DNA of 41,235 bases from Planococcus sp. (in: firmicutes) (GCA_035461045.1 DATHVY010000177.1:1-41235); one strand, 5' to 3'; counted from the stretch's first letter, positions 15,953 through 27,589 are shown. A program made the numbers and translations. The notes: generated by a model not told the origin, from the sequence alone.

Positions 15953-18466
15953 ATGCTTGGAGTATTACACAAAGTATTTGATCCCAATAAAAAGGATCTA
16001 AAAAGATTAGAAAAAGTCGCAGACAAAGTGGAAGCACTTGCTTCTGATTATTCGGCGCTATCAGACGAAAGTTTAAAAAAGAAAACCATAGAATTCAAAG
16101 AACGGCACAACAACGGGGAATCACTGGAGGACCTGTTGCCGGAAGCATTTTCAACAATACGGGAAGCTTCCAAGCGTGTGCTGGGCTTGTATCCGTTCCG
16201 CGTACAGATCATGGGTGCAGCGGCACTTCATGAAGGCAATATCGCTGAAATGAAAACCGGTGAAGGTAAAACGTTAACCTCCACCTTATCGGTTTATTTA
16301 AATGCGATTTCCCAAAAAGGTGTGCACGTAGTCACAGTCAATGAATATTTGGCGAGCCGTGACGCAGAGGAAATGGGCAAGCTTTATCAATGGCTTGGGT
16401 TAACAGTCGGTTTGAACTTAAACAGCATGACAAAAGAGGAAAAGCGTGAGGCTTATTCAGCTGACGTCACTTACAGCACCAACAACGAAATTGGATTCGA
16501 CTACCTACGGGACAATATGGTCTTATATAAAGAAGATATGGTTCAGCGTCCTTTGAATTATGCAGTTATTGATGAAGTCGACTCCATCTTGATTGATGAA
16601 GCTCGTACGCCTTTGATCATTTCCGGACAGGCTTCGAAGTCCGCGCAGCTGTATATGCAGGCAAATGCGTTCATGCGAATACTGGACCAGGATGTCGATT
16701 ACACGTACGACGAAACGACAAAAGGCGTTGTATTGACTGAGGAAGGCATCGAAAAAGTCGAAAAATCGTTTGGTATTGAAAATTTATTCGATATCAATCA
16801 TGTTCGCTTGAACCATGCCATTAACCAATCATTGAAAGCTCATGTAACGATGAGCAATGACGTGGATTATGTGGTCCAGGACGGCGAGGTGGTCATCGTT
16901 GATCAGTTTACCGGACGATTGATGAAAGGCCGCCGGTATTCAGACGGACTTCACCAGGCAATCGAAGCAAAAGAGGGTCTGGAGATTCAAAATGAATCGA
17001 TGACGATGGCCACTATCACATTCCAGAATCTGTTCCGTATGTATAAAAAGCTTTCAGGTATGACAGGTACAGCCAAAACAGAGGAAGAAGAATTGCGCAA
17101 CATCTACAATATGGATGTGATTACGATTCCTACAAACAAGCCGATCATCCGTGAGGATCGGGTCGACCTGATTTATGCAACGACTGAAGGCAAGTATAAA
17201 GCTGTTTCCGATGACATCATCGAGCGCCATAAAAATGGCCAGCCCGTTTTGGTCGGAACAGTTGCGATTGAAACTTCAGAAATCATCTCGAATTATTTAA
17301 CGAAAAAAGGCATCAAGCATTCCGTATTGAATGCCAAAAATCACGCGCACGAGGCCGAAATCATTCTTAATGCCGGGCAACGGGGAGCGGTGACAATCGC
17401 GACCAACATGGCAGGGCGAGGAACGGATATCAAGCTCGGCAGCGGAGTGATCGAGGCCGGTGGACTTGCCGTACTCGGTACAGAACGCCATGAATCACGA
17501 CGGATTGACAATCAGCTTCGAGGACGTTCCGGACGTCAGGGAGATCCAGGGGTCACCCAGTTCTACTTGTCCTTGGAAGATGACTTGATGCGCAGATTCG
17601 GCTCAGACGCCATGCGTTCGATGATGGGCAAACTTGGCATGGACGATTCACAGCCGCTGCAGTCGCGGATGGTGACGCGTTCTGTTGAATCTGCACAAAA
17701 ACGTGTAGAAGGAAATAACTTTGATGCACGGAAACGTTTGCTTCAATATGATGATGTATTGCGCCAACAGCGCGAAATCATCTATAAAGAACGGATGGAA
17801 GTGCTCGAAACGGATAATATGCGCGGATTGGTCGATTCAATGGTGGATTCAACCATTGATCGGATGGTGCAAGCTCATACTATGGAAGAAAAGCAGGAAA
17901 ATTGGCATTTGAAATCTCTCGCTGATGTAATTGGGGCTAACTTGCTTCCTGAAAACACCATCGTTGAGGCCGATTTGATGAACAAATCCCAGGACGAACT
18001 GGCTGAGTTCATCAAAGCAAAAGCGAAACAGCATTATGATGAAAAAGAAGTCGAAATGACGTCAGATCGCATGCGTGAATTTGAGAAAGTTGTTTTGCTG
18101 CGCTCAATCGATAGCAAATGGATCGACCACATCGACGCAATGGATCAGCTTCGCCAAGGAATTCACTTGCGTGCATATGGGCAGACAGATCCGCTTCGTG
18201 AATACCAGAACGAAGGATTTGCCATGTTCGAAGCAATGGTACAATCCGTGGAAGAAGATGTCACCAAATACGCCATGAAGGCTGAAATACGCAACAACCT
18301 GGAACGCCAGGAAGTGGCAAAAGGCCAGGCGGTCAATCCGAAAGAGGATGGACCGGCAGCCAAAAAGAAAAAAGAACCGATTCGCAAAGAGATGGCCGTC
18401 GGACGCAATGACGCTTGTCCATGCGGCAGTGGCAAAAAGTATAAAAACTGCCACGGAGCGGCTTAA
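15953..18466 (+). CDS. secA: preprotein translocase ATPase SecA
   Basis: [38 protein letters not shown]-terminal [13 protein letters not shown]. Confidence 0.99.
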   Translation: MLGVLHKVFDPNKKDLKRLEKVADKVEALASDYSALSDESLKKKTIEFKERHNNGESLEDLLPEAFSTIREASKRVLGLYPFRVQIMGAAALHEGNIAEMKTGEGKTLTSTLSVYLNAISQKGVHVVTVNEYLASRDAEEMGKLYQWLGLTVGLNLNSMTKEEKREAYSADVTYSTNNEIGFDYLRDNMVLYKEDMVQRPLNYAVIDEVDSILIDEARTPLIISGQASKSAQLYMQANAFMRILDQDVDYTYDETTKGVVLTEEGIEKVEKSFGIENLFDINHVRLNHAINQSLKAHVTMSNDVDYVVQDGEVVIVDQFTGRLMKGRRYSDGLHQAIEAKEGLEIQNESMTMATITFQNLFRMYKKLSGMTGTAKTEEEELRNIYNMDVITIPTNKPIIREDRVDLIYATTEGKYKAVSDDIIERHKNGQPVLVGTVAIETSEIISNYLTKKGIKHSVLNAKNHAHEAEIILNAGQRGAVTIATNMAGRGTDIKLGSGVIEAGGLAVLGTERHESRRIDNQLRGRSGRQGDPGVTQFYLSLEDDLMRRFGSDAMRSMMGKLGMDDSQPLQSRMVTRSVESAQKRVEGNNFDARKRLLQYDDVLRQQREIIYKERMEVLETDNMRGLVDSMVDSTIDRMVQAHTMEEKQENWHLKSLADVIGANLLPENTIVEADLMNKSQDELAEFIKAKAKQHYDEKEVEMTSDRMREFEKVVLLRSIDSKWIDHIDAMDQLRQGIHLRAYGQTDPLREYQNEGFAMFEAMVQSVEEDVTKYAMKAEIRNNLERQEVAKGQAVNPKEDGPAAKKKKEPIRKEMAVGRNDACPCGSGKKYKNCHGAA

Positions 18467-18532
18467 TAGGAACGTTGAAAGTGCCGAAGAGCGGAGATGC
18501 TCTTCGGCGTTATTTTGAGGAGGAACTTATAA

Positions 18533-19637
18533 ATGATGGAATTATCAGATGCTCGGAACGAATTAGACAAATCAGCCGGAAAACTTGCGGACTTCAGGGG
18601 GTCTCTTTGACTTAGAGAACAAAGAAGCGAGAATTCAGGAATTGGACGAAATGATGATCGATCCGGATTTTTGGAACAACCAGGAATCTGCTCAGGAGGT
18701 CATTTCCGAATTGAATATCTTGAAGGAAATTGTACACACCTATCATAACTTCACTGATAAACAGGAAAACCTGGAAATGACGTTGGAACTTCTGCGTGAA
18801 GAAGCGGATGAAGATTTACATGAGGAGCTAAGCTCTGAAATGAAAAAATTCATCGCTGAGTTAAGTGACTATGAATTGCAGATGCTTTTAAGTGAGCCTT
18901 ACGATAAAAATAATGCCATTCTTGAGCTGCATCCGGGAGCAGGCGGCACTGAGTCACAGGACTGGTGTTCGATGCTGTTGCGCATGTATACGCGCTGGGC
19001 GGAAAAACGGGGCTTCAAAGTGGAGACTCTCGACTATCTGGCCGGGGAAGAAGCGGGAGTCAAGTCTGTCACTTTGGGCATCAAAGGCCACAATGCGTAC
19101 GGTTATTTAAAAGCTGAAAAAGGTGTTCATCGCCTGGTGCGGATCTCGCCTTTTGATTCTTCGGGCCGACGCCATACTTCGTTCGTATCTTGTGAAGTGA
19201 TGCCTGAATTCACTGGAGAAATCGAAATCGACATCCGGACGGAAGATTTGAAAATTGATACGTATCGTGCGAGCGGCGCTGGTGGACAGCACATCAATAC
19301 GACAGACTCTGCAGTCCGCATTACCCACCTGCCGACCAACTCGGTCGTGACTTGCCAGCAGGAGCGTTCACAGATTAAGAACCGGGATAAAGCGATGCAA
19401 ATGTTGAAAGCCAAATTATATGCTTTGAAAATACAGGAACAAGAAGCTCAACTGCTTGAAATCCGTGGAGAACAAAAAGAAATCGGATGGGGAAGCCAGA
19501 TCCGTTCCTATGTATTCCATCCTTATTCAATGGTCAAAGATCACCGGACAAATTACGAGACCGGAAATTTGCAAGCTGTCATGGACGGCGATATTGATGG
19601 ATTCATCAATTCACTGTTGCGATCCAAAATGAACTAA
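18533..19637 (+). CDS. prfB: peptide chain release factor 2 (programmed +1 frameshift)
   Basis: First frame [25 protein letters not shown] ends at CTT-TGA-C (18605-18611); +1 frame continues DLENKEARI... with SPF and GGQ motifs. Confidence 0.98.
18596..18611 (+). promoter_or_regulatory. prfB +1 ribosomal frameshift site
   Basis: AGGGGG internal Shine-Dalgarno, TCT, then CTTTGAC. Confidence 0.97.
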
Positions 19638-19656
19638 ACAATTCCAATACTTTGCC

Positions 19657-19686
19657 AAGCTGCCGAGATGATCTCGGCAGCTTTTT
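19657..19686 (+). terminator. intrinsic terminator after prfB
   Basis: AAGCTGCCGAGA / TCTCGGCAGCTT + T run. Confidence 0.85.
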
Positions 19687-19803
19687 CTATGGACTCGAAT
19701 TTCAATGGGGTGCTTTATTCGGATGAAGTTCACAAGAGCTCGGGGGTTTGGTATACTTTTTCAGGGTTTACAGATCGAATACAGGAAAGAGGCAGTAATC
19801 ATT

Positions 19804-20676
19804 ATGAATAAAAAAAATCAACGGAGCCGCAAGGAACCGCATCCGTATTTGTCTGTCATTGGAGATTATATTAGTGTTCTCCTCGGAGCAGCGATTGTGG
19901 CCATATCTTTCAACGTTTTTCTTCTTCCGAATGAAATCGCATCCGGCGGTGTCAGCGGAATCAGTACGATTCTATATGGCTTGTTTGAATGGCGTCCGGC
20001 TTTTGTGCAATGGGCCTTCAATATTCCGCTGTTTATAGCGGGTGTCGTTCTGCTCGGCAAAAGCTTTGGAATCAAAACAGCGGTAGGAACCGTGTTTTTG
20101 CCGCTCATGGTATATTTGACTGAGACGTGGGAGCCTTGGACGCTGAATCCCCTTCTTGGCGCATTGTTCGGGGGGATCATGGTCGGACTGGGTCTTGGAA
20201 TCGTATTCAGAGGAAAAGCTTCGACTGGCGGAACCGATCTGGCTGCGCAAATCATCACGAAGTACACCGGATTGACTCTGGGAACCAGCATAGCCATGAT
20301 TGATGGCTTCATCGTTTTGGCTGCAGCAGTTGTTTTTGATATCGAGAGTGGCTTGTTCGCGTTGGTTGGCCTGTTTGTGACGACCAAAACAATCGATCTG
20401 GTTCAAGTCGGTTTTGGACGATCCAAACTGGTTTACATCATTACCAATCATCAAGTGGCCATCCGTGATGCCATTTATGAACAAGTTGACCGCGGCGTGA
20501 CAAAACTGACAGCAACTGGGGGCTACACGGATTCGGAAAAACCGATTCTTATGGTAGTCGTGCATCAAACCGAATTTACCCGTTTGAAGCAAGCTGTCAA
20601 ATCGATCGACCCGGAAGCATTCATCATTGTTTCCGACGCTTCTGAAGTGCTTGGTGAAGGTTTCAAACGACCGTAA
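19804..20676 (+). CDS. YitT family membrane protein (YvjA-like)
   Basis: [22 protein letters not shown]...GGYT, IDPEAF motifs; start chosen behind GAAAGAGG. Confidence 0.88.
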   Translation: MNKKNQRSRKEPHPYLSVIGDYISVLLGAAIVAISFNVFLLPNEIASGGVSGISTILYGLFEWRPAFVQWAFNIPLFIAGVVLLGKSFGIKTAVGTVFLPLMVYLTETWEPWTLNPLLGALFGGIMVGLGLGIVFRGKASTGGTDLAAQIITKYTGLTLGTSIAMIDGFIVLAAAVVFDIESGLFALVGLFVTTKTIDLVQVGFGRSKLVYIITNHQVAIRDAIYEQVDRGVTKLTATGGYTDSEKPILMVVVHQTEFTRLKQAVKSIDPEAFIIVSDASEVLGEGFKRP

Positions 20677-20728
20677 ATTTGGTATACTTGAAGAGATTAA
20701 CAAATACGTGCTGCAAAGGAGAAACCAT

Positions 20729-21076
20729 ATGAAAAAAGCGATAATGGCTTTATTATTCGGAACGACCCTGATTTTGGGTGCTTGCGGCGGAGCCGACGAA
20801 AATGTAGAACCTCCAGCGGATGCGCCGATTGAAGAACCGGGAGTTGATGAATCAGCAGTCGATGCAGAACAAGTGGTAAACCGGGCTTGCATTTCCTGCC
20901 ATGGTGCAAACCTTGAAGGAAGAGGCAATTTTCCTCCATTGGATGATGTGGGAGCCAGATTGTCAGAAGAAGAAATCTTGGATATCATCTTAAACGGCAA
21001 AGGTGCCATGCCTCCAGAAATTATTGAAGGTGCGGAAGCGGAAGCGGTAGCGGAATGGCTTGCCAATAAACAATGA
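20729..21076 (+). CDS. cccB: lipoprotein cytochrome c551
   Basis: Lipobox LGA-C; heme motif CISCH; distal MP; upstream of ftsE as in Bacillus. Confidence 0.88.
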   Translation: MKKAIMALLFGTTLILGACGGADENVEPPADAPIEEPGVDESAVDAEQVVNRACISCHGANLEGRGNFPPLDDVGARLSEEEILDIILNGKGAMPPEIIEGAEAEAVAEWLANKQ

Positions 21077-21105
21077 AACCAGCTGAAAAGCTGGTTTTTT
21101 ATTTT
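21076..21105 (+). terminator. intrinsic terminator after cccB
   Basis: AAACCAGCT / AGCTGGTTT + T run. Confidence 0.8.
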
Positions 21106-21359
21106 GTCGCTCTCCAAATAAAAGAATATTAAGATAATATAGGCCTTAAAATTGCTCCTTGAATAATAAGTATTATTTCTTTTTATTTTATTGGTGAAAA
21201 AAGGAGCTTAGACCTAGTTTAAGTTTAGAAATGAATCTTAATTGATATACAACTGTAATATTCACGCGTCTTCTGGATGCTATAATGAGTCTGCTGGAAT
21301 TTTTCAAACGAAGAAACTGGACCCGGAAATACTAGTTTAATATAGGTGGTAATAAAAAA

Positions 21360-22046
21360 ATGATAGAAATGAAGAAAGTTTACAAAAAGTACCCGAATGG
21401 CATTGTTGCACTCAACGGACTCGACGTTGAGATCAAACAAGGCGAATTTGTATATATAGTAGGACCGAGTGGGGCAGGCAAATCGACGTTCATCAAGATG
21501 ATGTATCGGGAAGAGCGCCCAACTTCCGGCCAAATGGTAGTGGATGGTATAAATTTAGCCACTTTGAAGAATAAAAAAGTGCCTTTGCTTAGAAGAAGTA
21601 TTGGAGTTGTTTTTCAAGACTTCAAGTTGTTGCCAAGATTGAATGTCTATGAAAATGTAGCATTTGCTCTCGAAGTGATTGAACAAAAACCGGCAGCCAT
21701 TCGTGAACAGGTGGAAAACGTACTGGATTTAGTCGGATTAAAACACAAAGCACGCATGTTCCCGACAGAGCTGTCAGGCGGGGAACAACAACGGGTATCC
21801 ATTGCCCGCTCCATCGTCAACACGCCCAAAGTGGTCATAGCTGATGAACCGACAGGAAACCTGGATCCCGAAACTGCATGGGATATCATGCACCTGTTTG
21901 AACAGATCAACGCAAAAGGGACAACCATTTTAATGGCTACGCACAACCGTGAAATCGTCAATACGATGAGACACCGTGTTATTGCAATTGAAGGCGGCTT
22001 AATTGTCCGTGATGTGGCAGGAGGTGACTACGGCTATGAAGGCTAG
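21360..22046 (+). CDS. ftsE: cell division ATP-binding protein FtsE
   Basis: GPSGAGKST, VVFQDFKLL, LSGGEQQRV, IADEPTGNLDP. Confidence 0.97.
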   Translation: MIEMKKVYKKYPNGIVALNGLDVEIKQGEFVYIVGPSGAGKSTFIKMMYREERPTSGQMVVDGINLATLKNKKVPLLRRSIGVVFQDFKLLPRLNVYENVAFALEVIEQKPAAIREQVENVLDLVGLKHKARMFPTELSGGEQQRVSIARSIVNTPKVVIADEPTGNLDPETAWDIMHLFEQINAKGTTILMATHNREIVNTMRHRVIAIEGGLIVRDVAGGDYGYEG

Positions 22047-22920
22047 AACCTTATGGCGGCATTTTAGAGAAAGTCTCAAAAGCCTGGGCCGCAACGGCTG
22101 GATGACCTTCGCTTCTGCCAGTGCAGTAACCGTAACCTTGCTTTTAGTCGGTGTTTTTGTCCTGATTATGATGAACTTAAACAAAGTAGCCGATGACCTG
22201 GAAAACGATGTTGAGATCAAAGTGTTCGTTTCGCTGGTGGCTGATGAAAACCAGATTGTTGAATTGGAAAACGATATAGGGAATATGCCGGGAGTCGATA
22301 CAGTCGATTTTTCAACCAAAGAGGATGAATTGACCAGCCTGGTCATGGATTTCGGGGATGAGTTGAGCTTGTTCGAACAAAGCAATCCATTGTTCGACGT
22401 TTTTTATGTGAAAGCGAGCGAACCCCAGCAAACTGAGGTTGTCGCAAGTGAGATCATCCAGCTTGAAAATATCGAAGATGTTAAATACGGAGAAGGCAAG
22501 ATCGAGAAACTCTTCAATGTATTGAACACCGGACGGAATGTCGGGTTGGTTTTGATTTTGGCTCTGTTGTTTACGGCCATGTTCTTAATTTCCAATACAA
22601 TCCGTATTACGATTGTCGCCAGACGCCGTGAAATTGAAATAATGAAACTGGTGGGAGCGACCAACTGGTTTGTACGCATTCCATTTATATTGGAAGGGAT
22701 GTGGCTAGGCATTCTGGGGTCCATTGTTCCGATTGCCCTTGTGGCCACGCTTTATTACAACGTAACGAATTTTGCGGAACCGAGATTAAGTGGAGAAATG
22801 ATCCAGTTGCTTGAGTTCTCACCATTTATATATCAAGTCAGTGCGCTGATCTTGGTTATGGGTGTGTTTATCGGAATATGGGGCAGTTTCATGTCCATCA
22901 GAAAATTTTTGAGGGTTTAG
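22036..22920 (+). CDS. ftsX: cell division permease FtsX
   Basis: RNGWMTFAS, LISNTIRITIVARRREIEIMKLVGAT; AGGAGG RBS before ATG 22036. Confidence 0.96.
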   Translation: MKARTLWRHFRESLKSLGRNGWMTFASASAVTVTLLLVGVFVLIMMNLNKVADDLENDVEIKVFVSLVADENQIVELENDIGNMPGVDTVDFSTKEDELTSLVMDFGDELSLFEQSNPLFDVFYVKASEPQQTEVVASEIIQLENIEDVKYGEGKIEKLFNVLNTGRNVGLVLILALLFTAMFLISNTIRITIVARRREIEIMKLVGATNWFVRIPFILEGMWLGILGSIVPIALVATLYYNVTNFAEPRLSGEMIQLLEFSPFIYQVSALILVMGVFIGIWGSFMSIRKFLRV

Positions 22921-22992
22921 TCCAAAGATTGTAGATAAAGAAACAATAGAGAGAAAGATTCGGTAATCGCACAAGCGAAAGGGGAAAATAAC

Positions 22993-24522
22993 TTGAATTT
23001 AAAGTCGAAATGGATGTTGACAGGTGTTTCAACAATATTAGCAGTATCAATGGTGCTTCCTACAGCAAGCGCTGAAAGTCTGGACAATCTGATGCAAAAA
23101 CAGCAACAGATGGAACAGCAGCAAAAAGAATTGAATTCGGGCATCAACCAGAAATCAAACGAACTCAATGAAAATCAATCCAATCTGGAAAAAATCATGG
23201 GTAAGATCCAGGAACTGGAAAATGAAATCGCTGATACTGAAAATCAAATCAACTCTGTTCAAGGTGAGATTGATCAAACCAAAGGTGAAATCGAAGCCCT
23301 AGAAGCATCTATTGCCGAATTGGAAAGAAAGATATCAGAACGCGAAGACCTTTTGAAACAGCGTGCACGTGCGATTCAATTAAGCGGTGGTTCAGTCGAC
23401 TATATTGATGTTTTGCTGGGTGCCAATAATTTCATCGATTTCATCGACCGTTTCTCAGCTGTTAATACACTGATCGAAGCTGACCGTGAAATCATGAAAG
23501 AACAGGCAAGGGACAAAGAGTCCTTGGCAGAGCAGCAAGCGGAAGTTGAATCCAAGCTTGCCGATCAGGAAATGCGCAGAGCAGAATTGGTCGGATTGAA
23601 AAATTCCCTGGATGGCCAAAAAGCTGAACAAGCTCAATTGGTTAAAGATTTGCAAGCTGAGCAAAAACGTTTAGGCTCAGAAAAAGCGGAATTGGAAAAA
23701 AAGGAAGCTGAAGCAATAGACGTCAGCGCGGACCTTGAAGAGCAGATTGTCGCAGAACAAGAGCGCCTGGCTGAATTGGCCCGTAAAGCGGAAGAAGAGC
23801 GCCAGCGCAAAATCGCTGCTGAGAAAAAAGCTCAGGAAGAAAGAGAGCGTGAAGCAGCCCGCCTAGCAGCTGAGCAGAAAGCCGCAAGTGAAGCCGCTGC
23901 GGCAAGAGAAGCAGCAAACGCTGCAAACGCGAGAGAGGCAGCAGCAGCTAAAGAAGCAGCAGCTGAGAGAGCTGCTAAAGAAGCCGCAGCACAAAAAGCA
24001 GCCGCAGCCAAAGCGGCAGCAACACCTGCACCAACACAGCCGGCTAGCACGCCAGTGAAAGCTTCCACGCCTGCTCCGGCAGTGCAACCCGCTGCAGCTG
24101 CACCAGCTGTCAGTTCAGGGTTTGCAAATCCTACTACAGGACGCTATACGTCTAAATTCGGATGGCGTGACATCGGCTTTGGCCAAGAGTTTCATCAAGG
24201 AGTCGATATTGCCAACTCAACAGGTACGAATGTAGTGGCTTCTGCAGGCGGATTTGTATCATTCGCAGGCTGGATGGGCGGCTATGGCAATGTAGTCATC
24301 CTGACTCATTCCATTAACGGACAGACTCATGCCACTGTTTATGCTCACTTGAATTCCATCAGCGTTTCAGTCGGACAATCGGTTTCTCAAAGACAAAGCA
24401 TCGGACAGATGGGGAACACTGGACGTTCGTTCGGTTCACATCTTCACTTTGAGATCCATGTTGGCCCTTGGAATGGCTCCCGATCGAATGCTGTTAACCC
24501 GGCAAACTACATGAGCTTCTAA
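22993..24522 (+). CDS. FtsEX-associated peptidoglycan hydrolase: PcsB/CwlO-type coiled coil + Ala/Pro linker + M23 peptidase
   Basis: Signal peptide; YIDVLLGA..F.DFI.R coiled-coil motif; HQGVD and HLH zinc motifs. Confidence 0.88.
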   Translation: MNLKSKWMLTGVSTILAVSMVLPTASAESLDNLMQKQQQMEQQQKELNSGINQKSNELNENQSNLEKIMGKIQELENEIADTENQINSVQGEIDQTKGEIEALEASIAELERKISEREDLLKQRARAIQLSGGSVDYIDVLLGANNFIDFIDRFSAVNTLIEADREIMKEQARDKESLAEQQAEVESKLADQEMRRAELVGLKNSLDGQKAEQAQLVKDLQAEQKRLGSEKAELEKKEAEAIDVSADLEEQIVAEQERLAELARKAEEERQRKIAAEKKAQEEREREAARLAAEQKAASEAAAAREAANAANAREAAAAKEAAAERAAKEAAAQKAAAAKAAATPAPTQPASTPVKASTPAPAVQPAAAAPAVSSGFANPTTGRYTSKFGWRDIGFGQEFHQGVDIANSTGTNVVASAGGFVSFAGWMGGYGNVVILTHSINGQTHATVYAHLNSISVSVGQSVSQRQSIGQMGNTGRSFGSHLHFEIHVGPWNGSRSNAVNPANYMSF

Positions 24523-24531
24523 ATGAAATTG

Positions 24532-24562
24532 ACCGGCATCCGCGGATGCCGGTTTTTCTTTC
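24532..24562 (+). terminator. intrinsic terminator
   Basis: ACCGGCATCC / GGATGCCGGT + T run. Confidence 0.8.
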
Positions 24563-24635
24563 ATTTCAGACCTTAAGCAGTAGCATGGAAGGCAACTTTT
24601 ATCGTATGATGGTGGTTGAACGGAGTGAACGCAAT

Positions 24636-25214
24636 ATGACGAAAAAAATAATCGGCTTATCGCTGCTTGCAGCGATGATTATCATCGTAGTGTCAGGACT
24701 TGTTAAGAAAAGCATGGATGAACCGAGTGCATTGGACAATATTGCTTTGGGGAGCGACGTGGATTTTCTGGCCACGAGCGAAGGTTTGGCAGCCGGGGAA
24801 AGAGCGCCTGATTTCCAACTGACCAACATCGATGGAGAACGAGTCCGGTTATCCGACTTTCACGGACAAAAAGTGATCCTGAACTTTTGGACCTCGTGGT
24901 GTCCGCCTTGCCGCGCCGAAATGCCGCATATGCAAAACTATCATGAAGAAAAGGCCGAAGATGCAAATGCGGTCATTTTAGCTGTGAATTTAACGGATTT
25001 GGATCATGGAATGGCTAAAATAGAAGAGTTCATAAAAGATTATGACCTGACATTCAGCATACCTATGGACACGGATGGAGAAGTTGGCTCGATTTACCAG
25101 GCCGCTGCGATTCCGACCTCCTATATGATCGATACGGAAGGAAAGGTCCAGCATAAGATTGTAGGACCAATGAATGAAGAAATGATGGAATCGTACGTAG
25201 AAAAACTCAATTAG
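24636..25214 (+). CDS. membrane-anchored TlpA/ResA-like thiol-disulfide oxidoreductase
   Basis: N-terminal TM; APDFQL, LNFWTSWCPPC, IPTSY. Confidence 0.88.
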   Translation: MTKKIIGLSLLAAMIIIVVSGLVKKSMDEPSALDNIALGSDVDFLATSEGLAAGERAPDFQLTNIDGERVRLSDFHGQKVILNFWTSWCPPCRAEMPHMQNYHEEKAEDANAVILAVNLTDLDHGMAKIEEFIKDYDLTFSIPMDTDGEVGSIYQAAAIPTSYMIDTEGKVQHKIVGPMNEEMMESYVEKLN

Positions 25215-25223
25215 GGGGCACCA

Positions 25224-26336
25224 ATGATGACAAAGTCAATTGAAACAAAGTCTGTTCAAACCGCAAATATGAACGAGCGTACGATTCACCCAAAAGTAAT
25301 GCCAATCTATCAGACGTCGGCTTTTTCTTTTTCCTCTTTGGAAGAGCTCGAAGGATATTATGAAGGAAATGGGACGTATCTCTATTCCAGAACAGCTAAC
25401 CCGAACACCGATGCACTTGGAATGACCGTGGCTCAGTTGGAAGGTGCACCTAAAGGTGTAGCGGCTTCTTCCGGTATGTCAGCGATTCTGGCGGGCATCC
25501 TCGCTGTGGTCAAAGCAGGGGATCATATCCTGGCGGCTGAAGATGTTTACGGCGGAACATTTCATTTGCTCAAAGAAGAGCTGATCCGGCTTGGAATCCA
25601 AGTTCATTTTACGGATTTCTCTCAAGTCAGTGGGATTGAGCAATACTTGGTCGATTATCCGGAAATCAAAATGGTGTTCAGTGAATCCATCACCAACCCC
25701 TTCCTGCGGATTGAGGATATGGAAGCGCTGGCTAACTTGAAACAGCAGTATGGCGTTAAAGTGATGATCGACAACACATTCGCAACGCCTTATTCCATTT
25801 CACCTTATGGGCTCGGCGCAGATTTGGTCGTACACAGCGCCACCAAATATCTTGGGGGACACAGTGATGTGACGGCCGGAGTCATTGTCGGCGATGCGGG
25901 TTTAATAACAGCCGCAGAATCCAGGATTGTCAACTTGGGCATGAATTTAAGTCCTTTTGAAGCATGGCTCACTCTTCGAGGCATTAAAACACTGGCGTTG
26001 CGGATGAAAGCGCAAAATGCGAATGCTCAGGCTATCGCAACATTCCTGGAAGGCAAAGCACGTTGCTGGTACCCGGGCATCGGCGCGATAGTATCATTTG
26101 AAATTCCAGAGCCTATAGCTCCATCTGTTTTCTTTGAGTCTCTCGGGTGGATCAAAATCGTTCCCACCTTGGCGGGCGTTGAAACCACTGTTTCCTATCC
26201 ATATGGAACTTCTCACCGGGCTTTGACGGAAGAAGAAAAAGAACGTGTCGGAGTGACAAAAAGAATTGTGCGTCTATCCGCAGGAATCGAAGGAACAGAA
26301 GATATCCTGTCCCAGTTGGCGACCGCCTTCGAATAG
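25224..26336 (+). CDS. PLP-dependent Cys/Met metabolism enzyme (cystathionine gamma-synthase/lyase family)
   Basis: YSRTANP, SSGMSAI, DNTFATP, HSATKYLGGHSD, RLSAGIE. Confidence 0.9.
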   Translation: MMTKSIETKSVQTANMNERTIHPKVMPIYQTSAFSFSSLEELEGYYEGNGTYLYSRTANPNTDALGMTVAQLEGAPKGVAASSGMSAILAGILAVVKAGDHILAAEDVYGGTFHLLKEELIRLGIQVHFTDFSQVSGIEQYLVDYPEIKMVFSESITNPFLRIEDMEALANLKQQYGVKVMIDNTFATPYSISPYGLGADLVVHSATKYLGGHSDVTAGVIVGDAGLITAAESRIVNLGMNLSPFEAWLTLRGIKTLALRMKAQNANAQAIATFLEGKARCWYPGIGAIVSFEIPEPIAPSVFFESLGWIKIVPTLAGVETTVSYPYGTSHRALTEEEKERVGVTKRIVRLSAGIEGTEDILSQLATAFE

Positions 26337-26402
26337 GGCGAAAAGATCGTCTTTATAAGCTTTATGTTTGGTACAATGGAAACAAGCGTCAGTAGCCGGT
26401 GA

Positions 26403-27578
26403 ATGGAAGGTGTAAATAAGTTGATAGTAGATTTGTTAGCAGGTGTAGGAAGTTTTTTCATAAATCCAGTGTTTTACATAGCAGTAGCATTGTCAGTGCT
26501 TTTAGGTTTTTTTCGTGTGAAGAGAGAACGCCGGTTATTCCGCACTCGAATCGATGAAGGGGGAGCGGAAATCGCCGGACTATTGAAACAGGGCGCTTGG
26601 ATGGCGCTGGTCTTTTCAATCATCATTATCGGTTTTGGAGCTGCTGTTCCGATTCAATGGCTTGTAGCAGTATCGGCCATCAGCATTCTTTTAATGTTGA
26701 CAGGAAGCTTGCATTTCGGTTCATTTATCTATATTTCGGCTGGGGCAGTTGCATTGGGCTGGCTTTTCCAAACGAATGGCTGGACAGCCAATCTTTTGTT
26801 CATGGAATACAGCGGATATCCAATCGCATGGCAATGGATTTTGCCGGTCGCGCTAATTACCGGATTGGTTTTGTTTGCTGAAGGCGTGCTGATCCGGAAA
26901 TTCGGTTCGGCTTCATCATCTCCCAGAACAGCAAAGTCATCCAGAGGTATGAATGCCGCGTTCTATTCTACTAAACGCTTGTGGCTGCTCCCGGTGCTGC
27001 TTTTGGTGCCAGGTACCTTGGTAGAAACTTACGCTCCGTTTTGGCCGCAGTTTCCAATCGGAGAAAGCGCATTTTCCATCGTCTTATTTCCGATTTTGAT
27101 CGGTTTTCAGCAACAAGCACGCGTAACAATGCCGGTATATTTGTATCCTCGCATCGGCAAAGCGGTTCAAGCGCTTGGAGCGGCCATCTTTGTGCTGAGT
27201 TTTGTTTCATTCCTCTGGGCGCCGTCCGCTTTGCTCGTATTATTTGCAGGACTGCTCGGACGTGCTGGAATTGGCTTGTACTTTGCATTCAAAGAGCGAG
27301 GCGGCAATTTTGCGGTCGCTCCTCAATCCAAAGGAGTCATGATCGTGGACGTTCTTCCGGAATCGCCGGCTGCAAAGATGGGGTTAGTGCGAGGGGAAGT
27401 AATCAGGAAAGTCAACGGATTGCCTGTTACCAACGAATCAGATTTATACGAAGCAATCCAAGTCAATGCTGCGCATTGCCGCTTGGAAGTGTTGGATCAT
27501 CGCAGCGAAGTGCGGCTTCGCCAGCATGTGATTTTCCATCATGACCATCATCGATTAGGATTGATTGTAATCAGTTAA
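26403..27578 (+). CDS. minJ: multi-pass membrane protein with C-terminal PDZ domain (MinJ)
   Basis: RVKRER..F..RI N-terminus; GVMIVDVLPESPAAKMGL..GEVI.KVNG PDZ; synteny after ftsEX. Confidence 0.8.
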   Translation: MEGVNKLIVDLLAGVGSFFINPVFYIAVALSVLLGFFRVKRERRLFRTRIDEGGAEIAGLLKQGAWMALVFSIIIIGFGAAVPIQWLVAVSAISILLMLTGSLHFGSFIYISAGAVALGWLFQTNGWTANLLFMEYSGYPIAWQWILPVALITGLVLFAEGVLIRKFGSASSSPRTAKSSRGMNAAFYSTKRLWLLPVLLLVPGTLVETYAPFWPQFPIGESAFSIVLFPILIGFQQQARVTMPVYLYPRIGKAVQALGAAIFVLSFVSFLWAPSALLVLFAGLLGRAGIGLYFAFKERGGNFAVAPQSKGVMIVDVLPESPAAKMGLVRGEVIRKVNGLPVTNESDLYEAIQVNAAHCRLEVLDHRSEVRLRQHVIFHHDHHRLGLIVIS

Positions 27579-27589
27579 GGAGCTGGAAT

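Noticed and set aside
18585-19637. prfB as a truncated gene or pseudogene
   Set aside because: Explained by the canonical programmed frameshift
19972-21117. 381-aa minus-strand ORF
   Set aside because: Antisense to the well-supported YitT-family gene and cccB; no recognisable motifs
25224-26336. Shortened loop (YPG-IGAIVSF) in the Cys/Met enzyme as a sign of decay; upstream S-box riboswitch
   Set aside because: A similarly short loop occurs, as I recall, in Bacillus MetI-type enzymes and the PLP lysine motif is intact; only 9 nt separate it from the upstream gene, leaving no room for a riboswitch
26981-27544. 187-aa alternative-frame ORF inside minJ and other short overlapping ORFs in secA, addA and addB
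   Set aside because: They overlap conserved genes, lack RBSs and have non-protein-like composition
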